This document shows positions 1 through 11,847 of a stretch of DNA of 64,000 nt, piece by piece (within the stretch, counting starts at the first letter, position 1; each line of letters starts with the position of its first letter). Position numbers and translations under genes: made by a program. The notes under the pieces are model-generated. The model was not told the origin of the DNA. It ran no database searches and worked only from the letters and a program-made list of their open reading frames with translations. Location of the stretch: contig JAVECO010000035.1 in the NCBI GenBank assembly GCA_051942205.1, positions 62,001 through 126,000 of the forward strand, given 5' to 3'. Origin of the DNA: Coniocarpon cinnabarinum (lineage: Eukaryota).

Positions 1-490
1 CACCTAACCTTAACCCCACTTTACCTTATATTGGCCCTTTCACCTAACCTCAACGCCACTTCACCTCACATCACAAAAGGTAAACCGCGTTCGCTACGAA
101 GACAATCACATCCTTAAAAAGTCAGCAGAATCCCTCGACTGGAGAGTCACATGCATCTAAAGTTAATTGAAAGTTATAAGTGATGACCGATACGACTTTT
201 TATCGCAACACTAGACCGATCTCAATTCCCATAACAAAGAAATGGGCGCGAACATTGCGCAGGGTTGATTTGCGTTATCGAATTAGTATAGTCGCGTGTG
301 AGCATTGCTGAAGATCGCGAGAGGCCTGTCAATGAGATGAGCCACGAGACACGAGAAGACCAAGGGAAGCCTGAAAGCCTCGGGTCTCTCCGGAAGCCAC
401 TGTCTTCAGTGAAAATATCCACTTCCAACAACGTACACACATCCTATCGTACGTTCATTAACCAACACATTTCAGCAAGAAAAGAAAGAC

Positions 491-1820
491 CTAAAGCCAC
501 TCAGTGCCCCTCCGTGGCATCATCTCCCACTCATCCGTTCCCTGCCTTCCATACCCACCCACACCGACACTCGGTCGAAAGTCCACGACCTCAAGGCCCA
601 AATCATCCACCGAGTCCTGCCGCGACTTCAAAAAAGTTCCCTTATGCAAGACACCCATCCCCGGACGGTTTCGGGCACGACTGGATGCATCACTCGTGTC
701 AACATGGTACGGACGCGTTGAACGCTCCTTGCGGGCTGTATGCAACGTCTTGATGCCGCCGACGATGACGGGCAGACTGGCGCAGAGGATGCCGGTGCTT
801 TGTTCGGCGCTGGCCCAGACGGCGAGGGGGGCGTTTGCCCAGGAGACGTCGGCGCTGGAGAGGGCTTCGTCGATGATGACGGTTTTGACGAGGCCGAAGG
901 CGCAGGCGCTGCAGAGGTGTGAGTTGGAAACAACGGAATGCAGGTCTGGCGAGGCTGTTGATTCGGGGGCAGAAGAGGATAGTCGAACTCACAGGAAGCC
1001 GAGAGAAAGTAGGCCGCAGAGTTCGATCTTGCGGCGGCGGTTCATTTGGAGTTTGAGGATTGCGACAAAGGGCAAGGCCCAGATTGTCACATCTGCGAGG
1101 ACGCTGAAGCTCGCTAGGTAGGTGGCGTACTTTGACTGACCCCGCAATGTGAGCGGAATTCAAGGCTCAGGAATGGTAAGGGTAGGCACTTACGTCGATG
1201 CAGGTTCCGGAGATGTGACGGTTATGAGGTGGGGGTATGTGAGTTAGCAGATACATCCGCTCCCATGCGTACGAGACTGGCGTGCACTGGAATATTGCTG
1301 CCAACACGGATGGTATGACGAGCGCAATGGCGAATGCGAGCGCAGCATACCAGCCAATGCGGAACCATTGAGCGATCCAGAAGAGGCGTCGATATAGCCA
1401 GAGTAGTGACATCTTGACACAGAAGAGGCATAGGTAGATGCAGATACTGTTGACGAACCCGACAATCCACAGAGCGATGAAAGAGTGAGGCGGACGCGGG
1501 TCGGACGCCATGACCCGATCGATATGCAGACCAAGTCCCTTGGTCATGCCTGTGCATGTATGCGTGAGATTCAGAAACGGAGAACGTTGACGGCGCATCT
1601 ATTTACCTATCATATCCGTGATGATGAGTCCAAGGTTGAGAATGTATGCAAGGACAATGAAGAAGTCATCCCAGTAGAGCCGCCGATGAGCGACTATCTG
1701 CAGCCCTAACCGGACAACGACAGTGAGTGTGGTCACTGCAATGAAAATGATACAGGCAGCGTAGAGGCCGGGACGTCGATCTTGGTTCCAGTCCGGGGGT
1801 AGGCCAGCTCCATGGGACAT
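491..1820 (-). CDS. PTH11-like (rhodopsin-domain) integral membrane protein, 4 exons
   Basis: Joined exons give MSHGAG...TVVVRLGLQIVAHRRLYWDDFFIVLA / GLGLHI...CVKMSLLWLYRRLF...AIFQCTPVSYAW...CID / LADVTILGLPF..LQMNRRRKIELCGLLSLGF / ...WASAEQSTGILCASLP, the hallmark motifs of the PTH11-like family. Canonical GT..AG introns separate them. Confidence 0.85.
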
Positions 1821-2737
1821 GTGTGCAGACATTCGGGAGGGTGCTTGTTCCGGACAAACGTATGGTCAAGGCACAGTCAGGCGAGTAGACAGTAAGCTCA
1901 ACCGTGCAGGATGCATGAGGAAAATCGTCATGCTTATATCGTGCTCTAGTGCTCAAACAACGAGCGGCCCACAGGACATCCAGATGCTTCATCATTGTAA
2001 CACGTGCGAGTAGCGCCATTCCTGCAAGTACTCCCACAAAGCGAAAGAGGGCCACATTATTCGTGTAAGCGATGTATCGTATGTACATTCGCCCGCGTCT
2101 TGACTAACTCGCTTGAACGAGGTCTCCAAGTCTGGTAACGTGGGGTGAATGCGCCAATAGAACCAGCTCGAACCCTTGCCGCCAGATCCGCACGGCCTGA
2201 TGAAAGGCCAAGCTTGAAGCAGATACACATTTGACGGCAGATAAACCTGCAGCCTAGTCAGCACGGCAGCGAGGCAAGTAGCAAATTCAGAACCCATGCC
2301 TTTCCGTCAAGAAGCCTGCAAAGTTGAATGCATGACAAGCGGGGTTTCCCAATCCGTGGAATGGTCTGTACAACAGAGCTCTCTGATTGGCTAAGGACGT
2401 TTGCGGACCGTACGCGGGCCGCAGTGAATATCAACACTGTTTTCCAGGTGAGTTCCGCGGCGATACCTAACGTTTGGAAGAGTCTTGATACGCACAGTCT
2501 CTTTCAAACGGTCAACATCTAGGACTCTCTTCGATTCTTCAAATTGCGTCGATCTGACGTCGAGCTGTTGTAGAACGTCACATGACCTTTCATGGTGGCG
2601 CATTTTACTCACATGGCGCACGAGTCGTGCTGCTTGTTTAGTGCAGATACCAGCCCCACAAATATGCAGGGGCGAAGCGGAGTGTTTTGTTGATGAGGGA
2701 GAGTTGTGACGAAGACGAAGGCTCTTGACCATTAGTC

Positions 2738-4475
2738 TCACCAGTTCCAGGTCCGCGAAGAAGCCGTGAACACCGGCGGCTTCCACACCAGCTTGTCCGG
2801 ATCAATTCGGTGCCGGCCCCTTGTCTTCTCTTTTTCTTTGCGCTTTTCATACTGCGCAATCACTTCATCGGTGAGGACCAAGGCGAACTTGCCACGGTCT
2901 TTGAGCCAGCGAAGCATGTTCATATTCTGCAGCGTCCCCAAGACGTCGAGCTGCGTCATTGCTGTGTGCTTCATGAGGTCTTCAATCGTAGCTTCGGCTC
3001 GGCCATCCATCAATAGATCCAGGATAGTCTCTTGCCAATACGCTCGATATCCCAGTAATCCAAGATCGCTCAGGGGTTTCTCTGGACTGCCGTCTTTGCC
3101 TTCGGCTTTGGTCAGCTCATAGGAAAACGCGATGAGCAGTCGGCCGGCGCCTTGTCGTTGGTATTGTGGCAGCGTGAGGATGCAGGCTACGTTGTAATTA
3201 TCGCTGGACTCCTTTTCTTTCGAGAAGTACCCTACGAGATGGCAGCCGTACTCATCTCGTGTGCACATGCAGTAGAACAAGAAAGGATCCACATCGTAGT
3301 ACAGTGTCTTGTGGTCGAGGAACAATTTTGACAGGAGGCACAGATTCCTACACCATGTTCGTTGCCGTCGGCCGTCGATCTCGAAGAAGCTGTACTTGTC
3401 GTCTCGGTATATCTCATTGCCCGGCGGATGTTGAAGCGTGCATTTCGCGCGATGCCGCTCAAATGGCTTGATGTCCGGAAAGTAGCCCAAGCAAAACTCA
3501 CAGATGTACACCACATCTGCATCTGAGTACTCTTGAGGATACGGTGAGAAATACCAAGGCTCAACCTCGTGCTGTCCCATTTGTACTTTGGTCAGGTTCC
3601 GTACTCGAGAGATCTCCGCCTGATTCTGTGTCATACTACCATGCGATCGAAGCTTTTCTATTTCTTCTTCGCGTGAGTATATCTGAGGTGGCGCTGCTTT
3701 GGCAGCTGCGGCTGCGTCTTGGACATCTTCCAAGTCGATGCCATCCTCGTCTGCTTGCTGACTCCCCTCGTCTTGCTCGGTGACGACAACCGAGATTTCC
3801 TGATCGCGATTTTCCTTGCCCCCGGCGGCGGACTTGTCTCTCAGGGGCGCTTTATTGGAAGTGGCGGGTCCGAGAGCGTCTGGCGTGCTTGGAGTACCTG
3901 ACTGCGACCGCTCGATAGCGCTCCGTGGTCTTTTTAAGCTTTTTGGCTGCGACTTGGATGCATCTTGCTTCTTCGATGGTGCACTTTTCGACGCCGACTT
4001 CTTGCTGTCAGCCTTCTCAGGCGCTGGCCACTCTACTTCGAAGTGTTCTAGGTCGATGCGGTCGGCTGGGATCCATTCGTCAAGACGCTTGTTGAAGTCT
4101 TGGTAGTGGACGTAATATGTTGGTTGGCCACGTCGCTGCTGGATCGCAAGGATCTCGGCTCTCCGCTTTTCCCCATCCTATGCGGCATCAGCATCACCTT
4201 ACAACTGAATGATATTTTACATGCAGCGCTCAAGATTACGACCAGTGCTGAAGTGCGATAGGTCTTGGCGTTGCGCATGCGAATACGAAAGCGAGCCTTC
4301 AACTCACCTTATCCACCATCGGCTTCACCCCGACCCTGGGCAAAACATGTCAGCGCATTTGCCACGGCGTGAGGACCTTTTTCAGAATGCACCTCAAATC
4401 CTCTAGCTTTGCAAAACCCGCATCGGGCATCGCAGCTGGGCTGTTCATCCCATCACCGTTGTCTCCAGGCGCCAT
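2738..4475 (-). CDS. ESA1: NuA4 catalytic histone acetyltransferase (MYST family)
   Basis: Tudor-knot/chromo segment [19 protein letters not shown] domain [14 protein letters not shown] zinc finger, [24 protein letters not shown] and [12 protein letters not shown]-terminal [15 protein letters not shown]. Two 5' introns flank a ~28-nt exon; ATG at 4475. Confidence 0.95.
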
Positions 4476-4805
4476 CTTAGGCTATTGACGATACCGAAAT
4501 TCTTTCAGAAGACTGCATTGATGGGCATGTGAGTCTGTTGATGAAGAGTCGCGTAGTAGTGATGGGATGAAGGCGTTCGAGATGTCGAGGCTGGCAGCGG
4601 GAAACGCGTATATAGCGTTACTTGGTGCCTTGTTCTTTCTCACGAGGCCTCTCGCAATCGTGCGCGTGCAACACGTGCCATTTTTGGATAGGGTAGCAAA
4701 GGATTGTTGCCAATCGCAGACACTTCCCAATGCCAATCACGGAGCTTCATGCACTGCGTAAGGCAAGAGCAATGAGTCAACAGGGGCCATGAACGCTTCT
4801 AGCTA

Positions 4806-6161
4806 ATGGCCGTCGACCTCAACAACCTCTCCAGCAACTGGAAAGCTTTGCAGAAAAAGCTACAGACGCAAGCACCTACCGACAAGCCCACAACAAGCAA
4901 AGGAGCTGCTCAAGACGACCAAAAACCCCAGAACGCTCGCAGAATTTCCGGGCCTGGCCAACACAAGCGCAAGACACTTGAATCAGACACTGATGGCACC
5001 TTCACACCCGCGAAGAAGCTCAAACCCTCTCCCAAATCGACCTCAAATCCTCTCGCCCTTCCATCTAGGAAAATGAATCACACAGCCGCCGACGACGCCG
5101 CAAATACATCCGCTTCCAAGAGCTCGACACACAATGGCGCCCCGCCGACCACGGAAATCAATCAATCCTCCACCACCACCACCACCCCACCAAAAGCAAC
5201 CCGCTACCTCGCCCTCGACACCGAAATGATCGGCACGCACACACCCCCGCCGCACTCCCTCCCACCGTCAAAACAACCCCCGCACACCTACTCGATCCTC
5301 GCCCGCGTCAGCATCGTCACCTACAACCATGAACCCCTCTACGACGCCTACGTCCTCCCCGTCTCCGGCATCTCCATCGCTGACTATAGAACCCAATATT
5401 CAGGCATCACAGAATGGCACCTAAGCTCCAAGAACCCCGTCACGAACCCGAAACCCTTCGCAGTTGTTCAAAAAGAAGTCGCTGATTTGTTGAAGGACAG
5501 AGTGCTCGTGGGCCATGACATCAAAGGCGACTTAGCGGTGCTGGGATTGAGTCATCCGAGGGCAGACGTGAGGGATACAGCGTATTATCCGCCGTTTCGG
5601 CTGCTCGCAGCCGGCGTCACAAATGGCATAAGCACCAACGCGCCATCGAATCTCCTCGGTCTCTCAAGACGAGAAGGCGGACTCGGCCGGAAGGACTCAG
5701 CCTCGAATACACAAGCGCGGACCACAGGCCAGGTCCGCGGGGGAAAGAAGCCGAGTCTACGACTGTTAGCCAAACAAGTCGCAGGTCTCGACATCCAAGC
5801 AAGCGGCAAAGGCCATGATAGTATTGAAGACGCAAGAGCGGTAATGATGGTCTACCGCAAAGAGCGGGCGGGGTTCGAGCGATGGATCGTGGGGCGCTTC
5901 GGGCGACGAGACACGAGGAACGCACGTGGGAACCCAAAGGGAAGTGCAAAGGAGCAAGCGCGGAAGGAAGAGGGAAAGAAGGGGAAGGAGGAACAAAGAC
6001 ACAAGGATGAAGAGGAAGACATGTCTGAGCAGGGCATCGGCGACGGAGCCGACTTGAGCGACGACGAAGACGAAGACGCCACGGCGCCGAAGCGCGGCCC
6101 GAAGAAGAAACGGAACCGGAAGAAGAAAAAGAAGGGCAAGTATCGGCGCGGAGGCGGATGA
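4806..6161 (+). CDS. REX4: RNA exonuclease 4 (DEDDh, pre-rRNA processing)
   Basis: N-terminal LSSNWKALQ motif, ALDTEMIG, ARVSIV, DYRTQYSGI, VGHDIKGDL, PSLRLLA and GHDSIEDARA; basic C-terminal tail. Confidence 0.92.
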   Translation: MAVDLNNLSSNWKALQKKLQTQAPTDKPTTSKGAAQDDQKPQNARRISGPGQHKRKTLESDTDGTFTPAKKLKPSPKSTSNPLALPSRKMNHTAADDAANTSASKSSTHNGAPPTTEINQSSTTTTTPPKATRYLALDTEMIGTHTPPPHSLPPSKQPPHTYSILARVSIVTYNHEPLYDAYVLPVSGISIADYRTQYSGITEWHLSSKNPVTNPKPFAVVQKEVADLLKDRVLVGHDIKGDLAVLGLSHPRADVRDTAYYPPFRLLAAGVTNGISTNAPSNLLGLSRREGGLGRKDSASNTQARTTGQVRGGKKPSLRLLAKQVAGLDIQASGKGHDSIEDARAVMMVYRKERAGFERWIVGRFGRRDTRNARGNPKGSAKEQARKEEGKKGKEEQRHKDEEEDMSEQGIGDGADLSDDEDEDATAPKRGPKKKRNRKKKKKGKYRRGGG

Positions 6162-6598
6162 GAGACACGTGCGTGGGACGATCCTGTAGGATTCTGAATC
6201 GAAACCTGTTCCTGATCTGACGTGTCACCGGATTAGGCACTGCGGATTCAAGACGTCTGAGGTCGTAGGCGCGTGGCAATTTCAGATTCTATGTGGTAAC
6301 TGCTGCTTTTGTGCACTGTCCGAACGGTCGTGTATTGGTCGTGGCGTGTGCGTTTGTGTGGGAGTGCGATGTGCGAGACCGCCGCGGAGAAGGGCGGACA
6401 GACGAGTGGTATACGCAGATGGAAACGTTTTCATCACAACCCAGTGAGAACCCCAGAATCGTGACTGAGCGCTGTTTTCAGTGCGCAATAGGCGATGACG
6501 GTCCGGCGTTAGATACCTACTGTGCGGTGCGATATGGTGTTGTTCCAAAGCGCTATACGCGGGTTTTGCAGCACAATCTCACTACCGCCGTGGCGGGC

Positions 6599-8448
6599 TC
6601 AATCGAATTCGTCGTCAGCACTCATTTCGCTTGCCTCACCACTCCCACCGCCCAATTCCACCTCCGGGCGTGGCATCGTCTTTCCCTGCGCGATGCGCGC
6701 CTCTCTCTCTTTCTGTTCAGCCCTAGGGATGAACCGCGGTTCCTTCCACTTCAGCACGAGCTCATTCTCCAAGACAGTGTAAAAGCTCGGACGAACATGG
6801 CTCGGGATGCTGTCCAAGACTTGATTTCCACAGGGTGCCAACGTCAAGATGTTCACGCTGTCCAACTTGAAGCCCACCCGGCAGTTCTGTAGGATCGTTT
6901 CTTCCAGCAGAAATGTGTAAGTCTTCTCTCTGTCGATCTTGTGGCGTTTAGCCTGAGCTGGGAGGTCCGAGGCGAAGAAGGTGGGTGGATGCCACGGTTT
7001 GCAGATGAGACAACCAAGGGGCTCGAAGCCGGCTGGGAACCGAGCGTACATCCCCAGTGTTTCCTTGGTAGGCATGCGTATCTCTGTAATCTCAAGGCCA
7101 ATCTCCTCCTCGCGGCTGACAACGGACTGGTCAAAGGCTTGCTCACTTGAGATGTGAGTCTTGGGAGCGCTCTGATAGCCTTGCATGGTCACCACGCCAA
7201 CAGCAAAAAGTTGTCTTGCATTCTCACGACTGAGACCGAAGGAGGTGTCAATGCCTTCGCTCGCCTCGTCCTTGGCCCACTCCTGGTCTAACACACTGGC
7301 TCCCGCGAAGAAGCCACCAAAGAGTGTAGAGGCTGCCATGTTAAAAGCCCCTGGGAGGTTCGTCTGCAGCGTCTCGCAAGCAGGTAGCTCAATGTTAGCC
7401 TGATCGCAGATGCGCAGAGTGGCGTTGATTGCCGTGTTGTATTCCGGACAGACACGATGGTACTGCAAGTAACGCAGAAAATTTTGCATTACGTTAGAGA
7501 GTTCGTAATACTGGTCACGCTTTTCAAACGAGAAGACCTCTGGAACGACAGAGGAAAGGAACGACCTTGCGACGCCTTCGAAATCAACCTCCCAGAGTGG
7601 ATTCCCATGGCTGTCAAGTTCTTCACCAGCAACATAAGGCTTGGGGACTGTGGCGACCTTCTTCTCTTTCGTGGTGAGGCCCTCAAGCTCGCTTTGGTCA
7701 ATGGTGTTCTGCACGTGTGGGTGAGGCTGAGCGTCGACACCGCCAAAACGCATCCACTTTGTGAAATAAAGCGAGATCAGAGAATTGAACTTCCGTCGGG
7801 AGAGGTATTTGCGGATCGCATGCTCTATTCGTCTGAGGCACTGTAAGCAATAGAATCCCCAAACTTCAAGTGAACTTACTCCTCAAACGTGTTATCCTCA
7901 TTGTACATCTCAGCCTCTTCGGCAGCGACATCTGGTGGAAGTGGACCTTCGGTGAAGTACGACTCAAACCCTGAGGCTGCACTGGGCTTTTCCCATGCGG
8001 TCGTTTTTGAAGCTTTAAGCTGTTCCGGCATGATGAAGGGTTCTTTGCGCTGCACGCAAGGCACGCCATCTTTCTCCAGTACATTCACGGAATTGCACGC
8101 TCTGAGGGCTTCAGCAACGAATTCCAGGGGCTGATACTGCTGCATCCTGGAGAACTTTGCTAGTGTCTTAATAGGAACAGGTCGATTCTTGCGGCCCTTC
8201 ATTTTTCCGAGAAGAAAGATGTCCTTCTGAAGGTTTGATGCAGAGAAGTAGTAATCGACCTGTCGACGCACCTGCTCGGCCTCTGTGGCTCGACCGGCCA
8301 TGTTGAACGGTGGAGGCGTGTTCTCGTTGAGACTGAGATCCTCAGCGTCCTCGGCGAGTGCAGCTTCAAGGTCAGCTTCAGGAGGATCATCCACGGAGAC
8401 TTGAGACTCCTGCGGTGGGCGCGAGCCTCCAGGATTTGAAGGTGCCAT
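6599..8448 (-). CDS. arb1: Argonaute-binding protein Arb1 with an N-terminal La-motif RNA-binding domain, 2 exons (intron 7833-7879)
   Basis: Exon 1 carries a La motif (RRQVDYYFSASNLQKDIFL...VPIKTLAKFSRMQ) followed by GFESYFTEGPLPP. Splicing gives ERIEHAIRKYLSRRKF..FTKWMRFGG, WEVDFEGVARSFLS and NFLRYLQYHRVCPEY, typical of Arb1. Confidence 0.85.
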
Positions 8449-10220
8449 GTCGAGATTGGGTAATTTGCGAGTACGACACTGTCAGTGCGAAGATGCGGGT
8501 TGTTGCAGAAGGAGCGAAGGACGATGAACTGCTGGGGTGATTTATATGCAGCAGAAGGGCATCTTTGAGGAAGGTGAGACTGCAGGCACGCGTGCGTTTG
8601 CGATATCGAAGTGCTAGGTGCTGCAGCAACTGCCACTTGCCAATTCTCAGAAACTTCCACGTGCTTCGGACCGGCGTGTCTCAACACTAGAACGCTCCTG
8701 GACAAGGAGACGATCACTCCATCGCGGAAGAGGCAACGCTAGGACGGTCCCTAGTCGACCAGGAGACGGGGCAGCGTGAGGTGTTGAAGCAGCAGGTACA
8801 GATACTGGTCGTGCGTGTTGCTTTCTGTCATTCACCTGGCAATGGCCCGCGCATGGCGAGGCAGCGACGAGTGGAGCCGGGGACGGAAGCAAGCGTCGGA
8901 AGAGTGCCCTTGTCAGATCTTCGCGATACAGCCGGCGGTGCAGGGATGGAATGATGGTGGTGATGGAGGACGCCATGCTCACCGCCCGTGAAATTCCAGG
9001 TCGGTGTGTGTGAGCCAGGCGGTTACCCAAATCTCCGCCATAGCGCGCACCGTGCAAGAAAAGGGCATGATTTGCTGCCGGTTCATGCAGCCCTAGGGGC
9101 TGAACGCCTCCAGTTGTGTGGCTCATAGCGGCCTGGCCGTGTGGCGGTCGGGGGGGGGGCGGTGGGCGTCCGTGCGTGCGGTGCGTCACACCCAAATCGC
9201 ATCGCCCGCACTCTACTTTACAGCTCCTTCAGCCTTCAGTCAGGTCACACTCTGCACACTCCACCTGGGGCAAGGCCGCGCCCGGTGCCGACGAGCGAGA
9301 CGGGCGGCGTGCGACGTGCGACGTCCGAGCAGAGGGTGGCCCCAGCGCTGAGCAGCCTCGGGACTGCCCGACTCAGCCTGTGACGGCTGTTGTCCCAGAT
9401 CATCCATTGCTCCACGGCTCCCAGGCACCGACTTGACTGAGCAGCGTGTGTGCGTGTGTGCGTCTGTACCACCCACCCTCCCAGGAACTTTCCAGGAACC
9501 CGTCCGACGGCGCGGTCGGCGGAGGTACTTCGCCATCTGCCTGCGACTGCGAAGGATTGGTCGCGGCAGAAACCAGTTCACGCTGTCGCTAGACCAAGCC
9601 CCCCTGTCTCTGGCGGATGCTGCTGAACGTCAGCGCGGCTCTTAGTCTGGCTGCCTGCTCGGGCGTGTTCTGCTGCTGGCTGGGACCTATCAGGCGCGTC
9701 TGACGGCCGCGCGCACACGCATTCATCGACGACGCAGCAGGTGGTAGGGCACAGAGTCAAGTCTCAAGAGAGTGCAGAGGCCACTGTGTCTGAAACAGGT
9801 CTAATTTGGTGCCACGGCGCCCACGCGCAACGACTGCGCTTCGGTCCCAGATACGTCAGCCTCTTCCGCCGTTGACGCGCGCTGCTGGGCAACTTCATCA
9901 CTGCTCTCGTTCTACCACACGATCCTTCCAATCCCTCATTGCGACTCTCGACCCCCAACTGTCTCCCACCACCCCCCCACACCCTGGTAGCCCCGTCAGC
10001 CTGCCTGCTCACCACTATCAAACTCCGTCCACTCCTTTGCCCTCGCGCGCCATGGCCTAGCCATGATAAATTCGCTCCTTTCCTGTCGCTCCTTTTCCTG
10101 TGCGCCTCGAAAATCATTTCCATTGACTTGTTGCGACCAGTGGTCGTGGTTGCGACACAATTACCACAGCCCTACCACCTCTCTCCTTACTACCTTATAC
10201 TATATATATAAACATCTGCC

Positions 10221-11386
10221 ATGTCGACACCTCCCCTGCAGGTAAATCAAGATGAGCTTGTCAGCTTTAATGGAGCTGCTGCTGGCCAGTACGTTGCACC
10301 GCGCTGATCTGAGTCGTTGTCGTTCACTCTACATGCTGACCGCACACCAGTGAGGGTTCGTTGACTGATGCTTCTCAAGAAGTCTTCATCAAACCATGCA
10401 CAATCACAGAGAGCGAATTCTACGAGCGCGCACGTGCCGAGCACCCCGAGTTCGCGGACCGCATTCTTGCTCCCTTTTGGGGCCAGATCCAACTGTCCAG
10501 CCCAGAGCAAAAAGAAGCGCTCACCCACCAAGATCCCACCAGTATCAATGCCGCTTTGCAGGCGCAAGAGGGTACTGCGGAACAGCTGGTGGCTTCGCGC
10601 GCCGAGACCGAGAGTCCCCAAGCTGACCGCCAACCATTTTTTGGTAAGAAAATCGATACTGATCTCCACATCGTCCTCGAGAACGTCACTGCAGGCTTCG
10701 TAAAGCCCAATACGCTCGACGTCAAGCTCGGCGCCCGCCTCTGGGATGATGACGCTAGACCTGAAAAGCGACAACGGCTCGACAAGGTCTCCATGGAGAC
10801 TACGAGTCATGACCTCGGCTTTCGCATCGCAGGGATGCGTGTTTGGCAGCCGGAGGGCCACGGCAAGTCACCAAAGTCGCCAGGTGCCTACAAAAACTTT
10901 GATAAGGTGTACGGGCGTACCTTCACTGCTGATACCATCCGCCGCGGCTTCGAGGACTTCTTTTTCGAGGGCCCATCGCATAAGCGGAAGCTGTCGGCTT
11001 TGCGGCGTGGCATCCTCACGCTCTGCGAAGCGGAAGTGCAGGAAATCGAGCAGCAGCTAGAGAAGCTCGAGACACGTATCTATTCGGCCTCGATTCTCTT
11101 CGTGTACGAGGGAGACAACGGTGCCTTGGACTGCGCGTTTTCTGCCTTTGAAGAACTGCAGCGGAAGGAAGACGCCGCGGAGGAGGCAGTGGGCACAGAC
11201 GCCGAGGGAGAGGAAGAGCTCGAGGAGGAAGAGGAAGACATGCCCAAGCTGCATGCTGTCAAGCTCATCGACTTTGCACATGCCCATTGGACGCCCGGTG
11301 AGGGTCGCGACGAGAACATGCTCAAAGGCGTGCGCAGCGTGAGGAGAATTTTGGGTCAAATGTTGAAGGATCACGAGAAAGACTGA
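10221..11386 (+). CDS. ARG82: Inositol polyphosphate multikinase (Ipk2/Arg82 family), intron 10289-10350
   Basis: Spliced AAAGHEG..FIKPC..E.EFYE; PNTLDVKLG (PxxxDxKxG), SASILFVYEGD and KLIDFAH motifs. Confidence 0.9.
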
Positions 11387-11847
11387 AGACGGTTGATCGA
11401 AGACGTTGACGTGATGTTCAGTCCATCGCGATCTTCACCATTATTGATAATGCCGTCTTAGTCGAGAGGATTGGTTCAAATCCCGCAAACGGGCATACTG
11501 GAAAGGCAATTGACAGCTAGCCCTGCCTCGGGAGGATTTAGAGAAGCTCCTCATCACGCAGCCTTGTGGGTAGGTGAGAGCCGAATCGCCCCCAGATCCA
11601 GGAACTGTGGAGCTATTCCGCACACTGAGATACGCCAGCAGTATTCCGTAGTCTAATCTGATTGATCATATCTCCGAGCTCCAGCTCTCAATCGGCCGAA
11701 GTCTTCACATTTGCATGTAACAGAGACCAGCGCAGAGGCGCGTGTTCCACTTACAATTGGCCTTCTGAAATGTCATATACTATCAAGATCCGAGTATAGC
11801 GCCCCTTACGCCGAAGCTCAATAGTATATCCGAATTTGCTCGCGAAA

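Noticed and set aside
1..80. Telomere-like C/A-rich sequence (cacctaaccttaacccc...)
   Set aside because: There are no tandem CCCTAA units; it is a degenerate ~5-mer low-complexity tract with one 20-bp imperfect duplication.
298..1121. Plus-strand ORFs of 151 and 205 aa
   Set aside because: Antisense shadows of the PTH11-like gene, with no recognisable motifs.
2160..2195. GGTTCGA tRNA T-loop-like motif on the minus strand
   Set aside because: The T-stem cannot close and no cloverleaf forms.
8985..9130. RNase P/MRP-like motifs (gaaattcc ... ggctca)
   Set aside because: The P4 pairing does not work and the spacing is too short.
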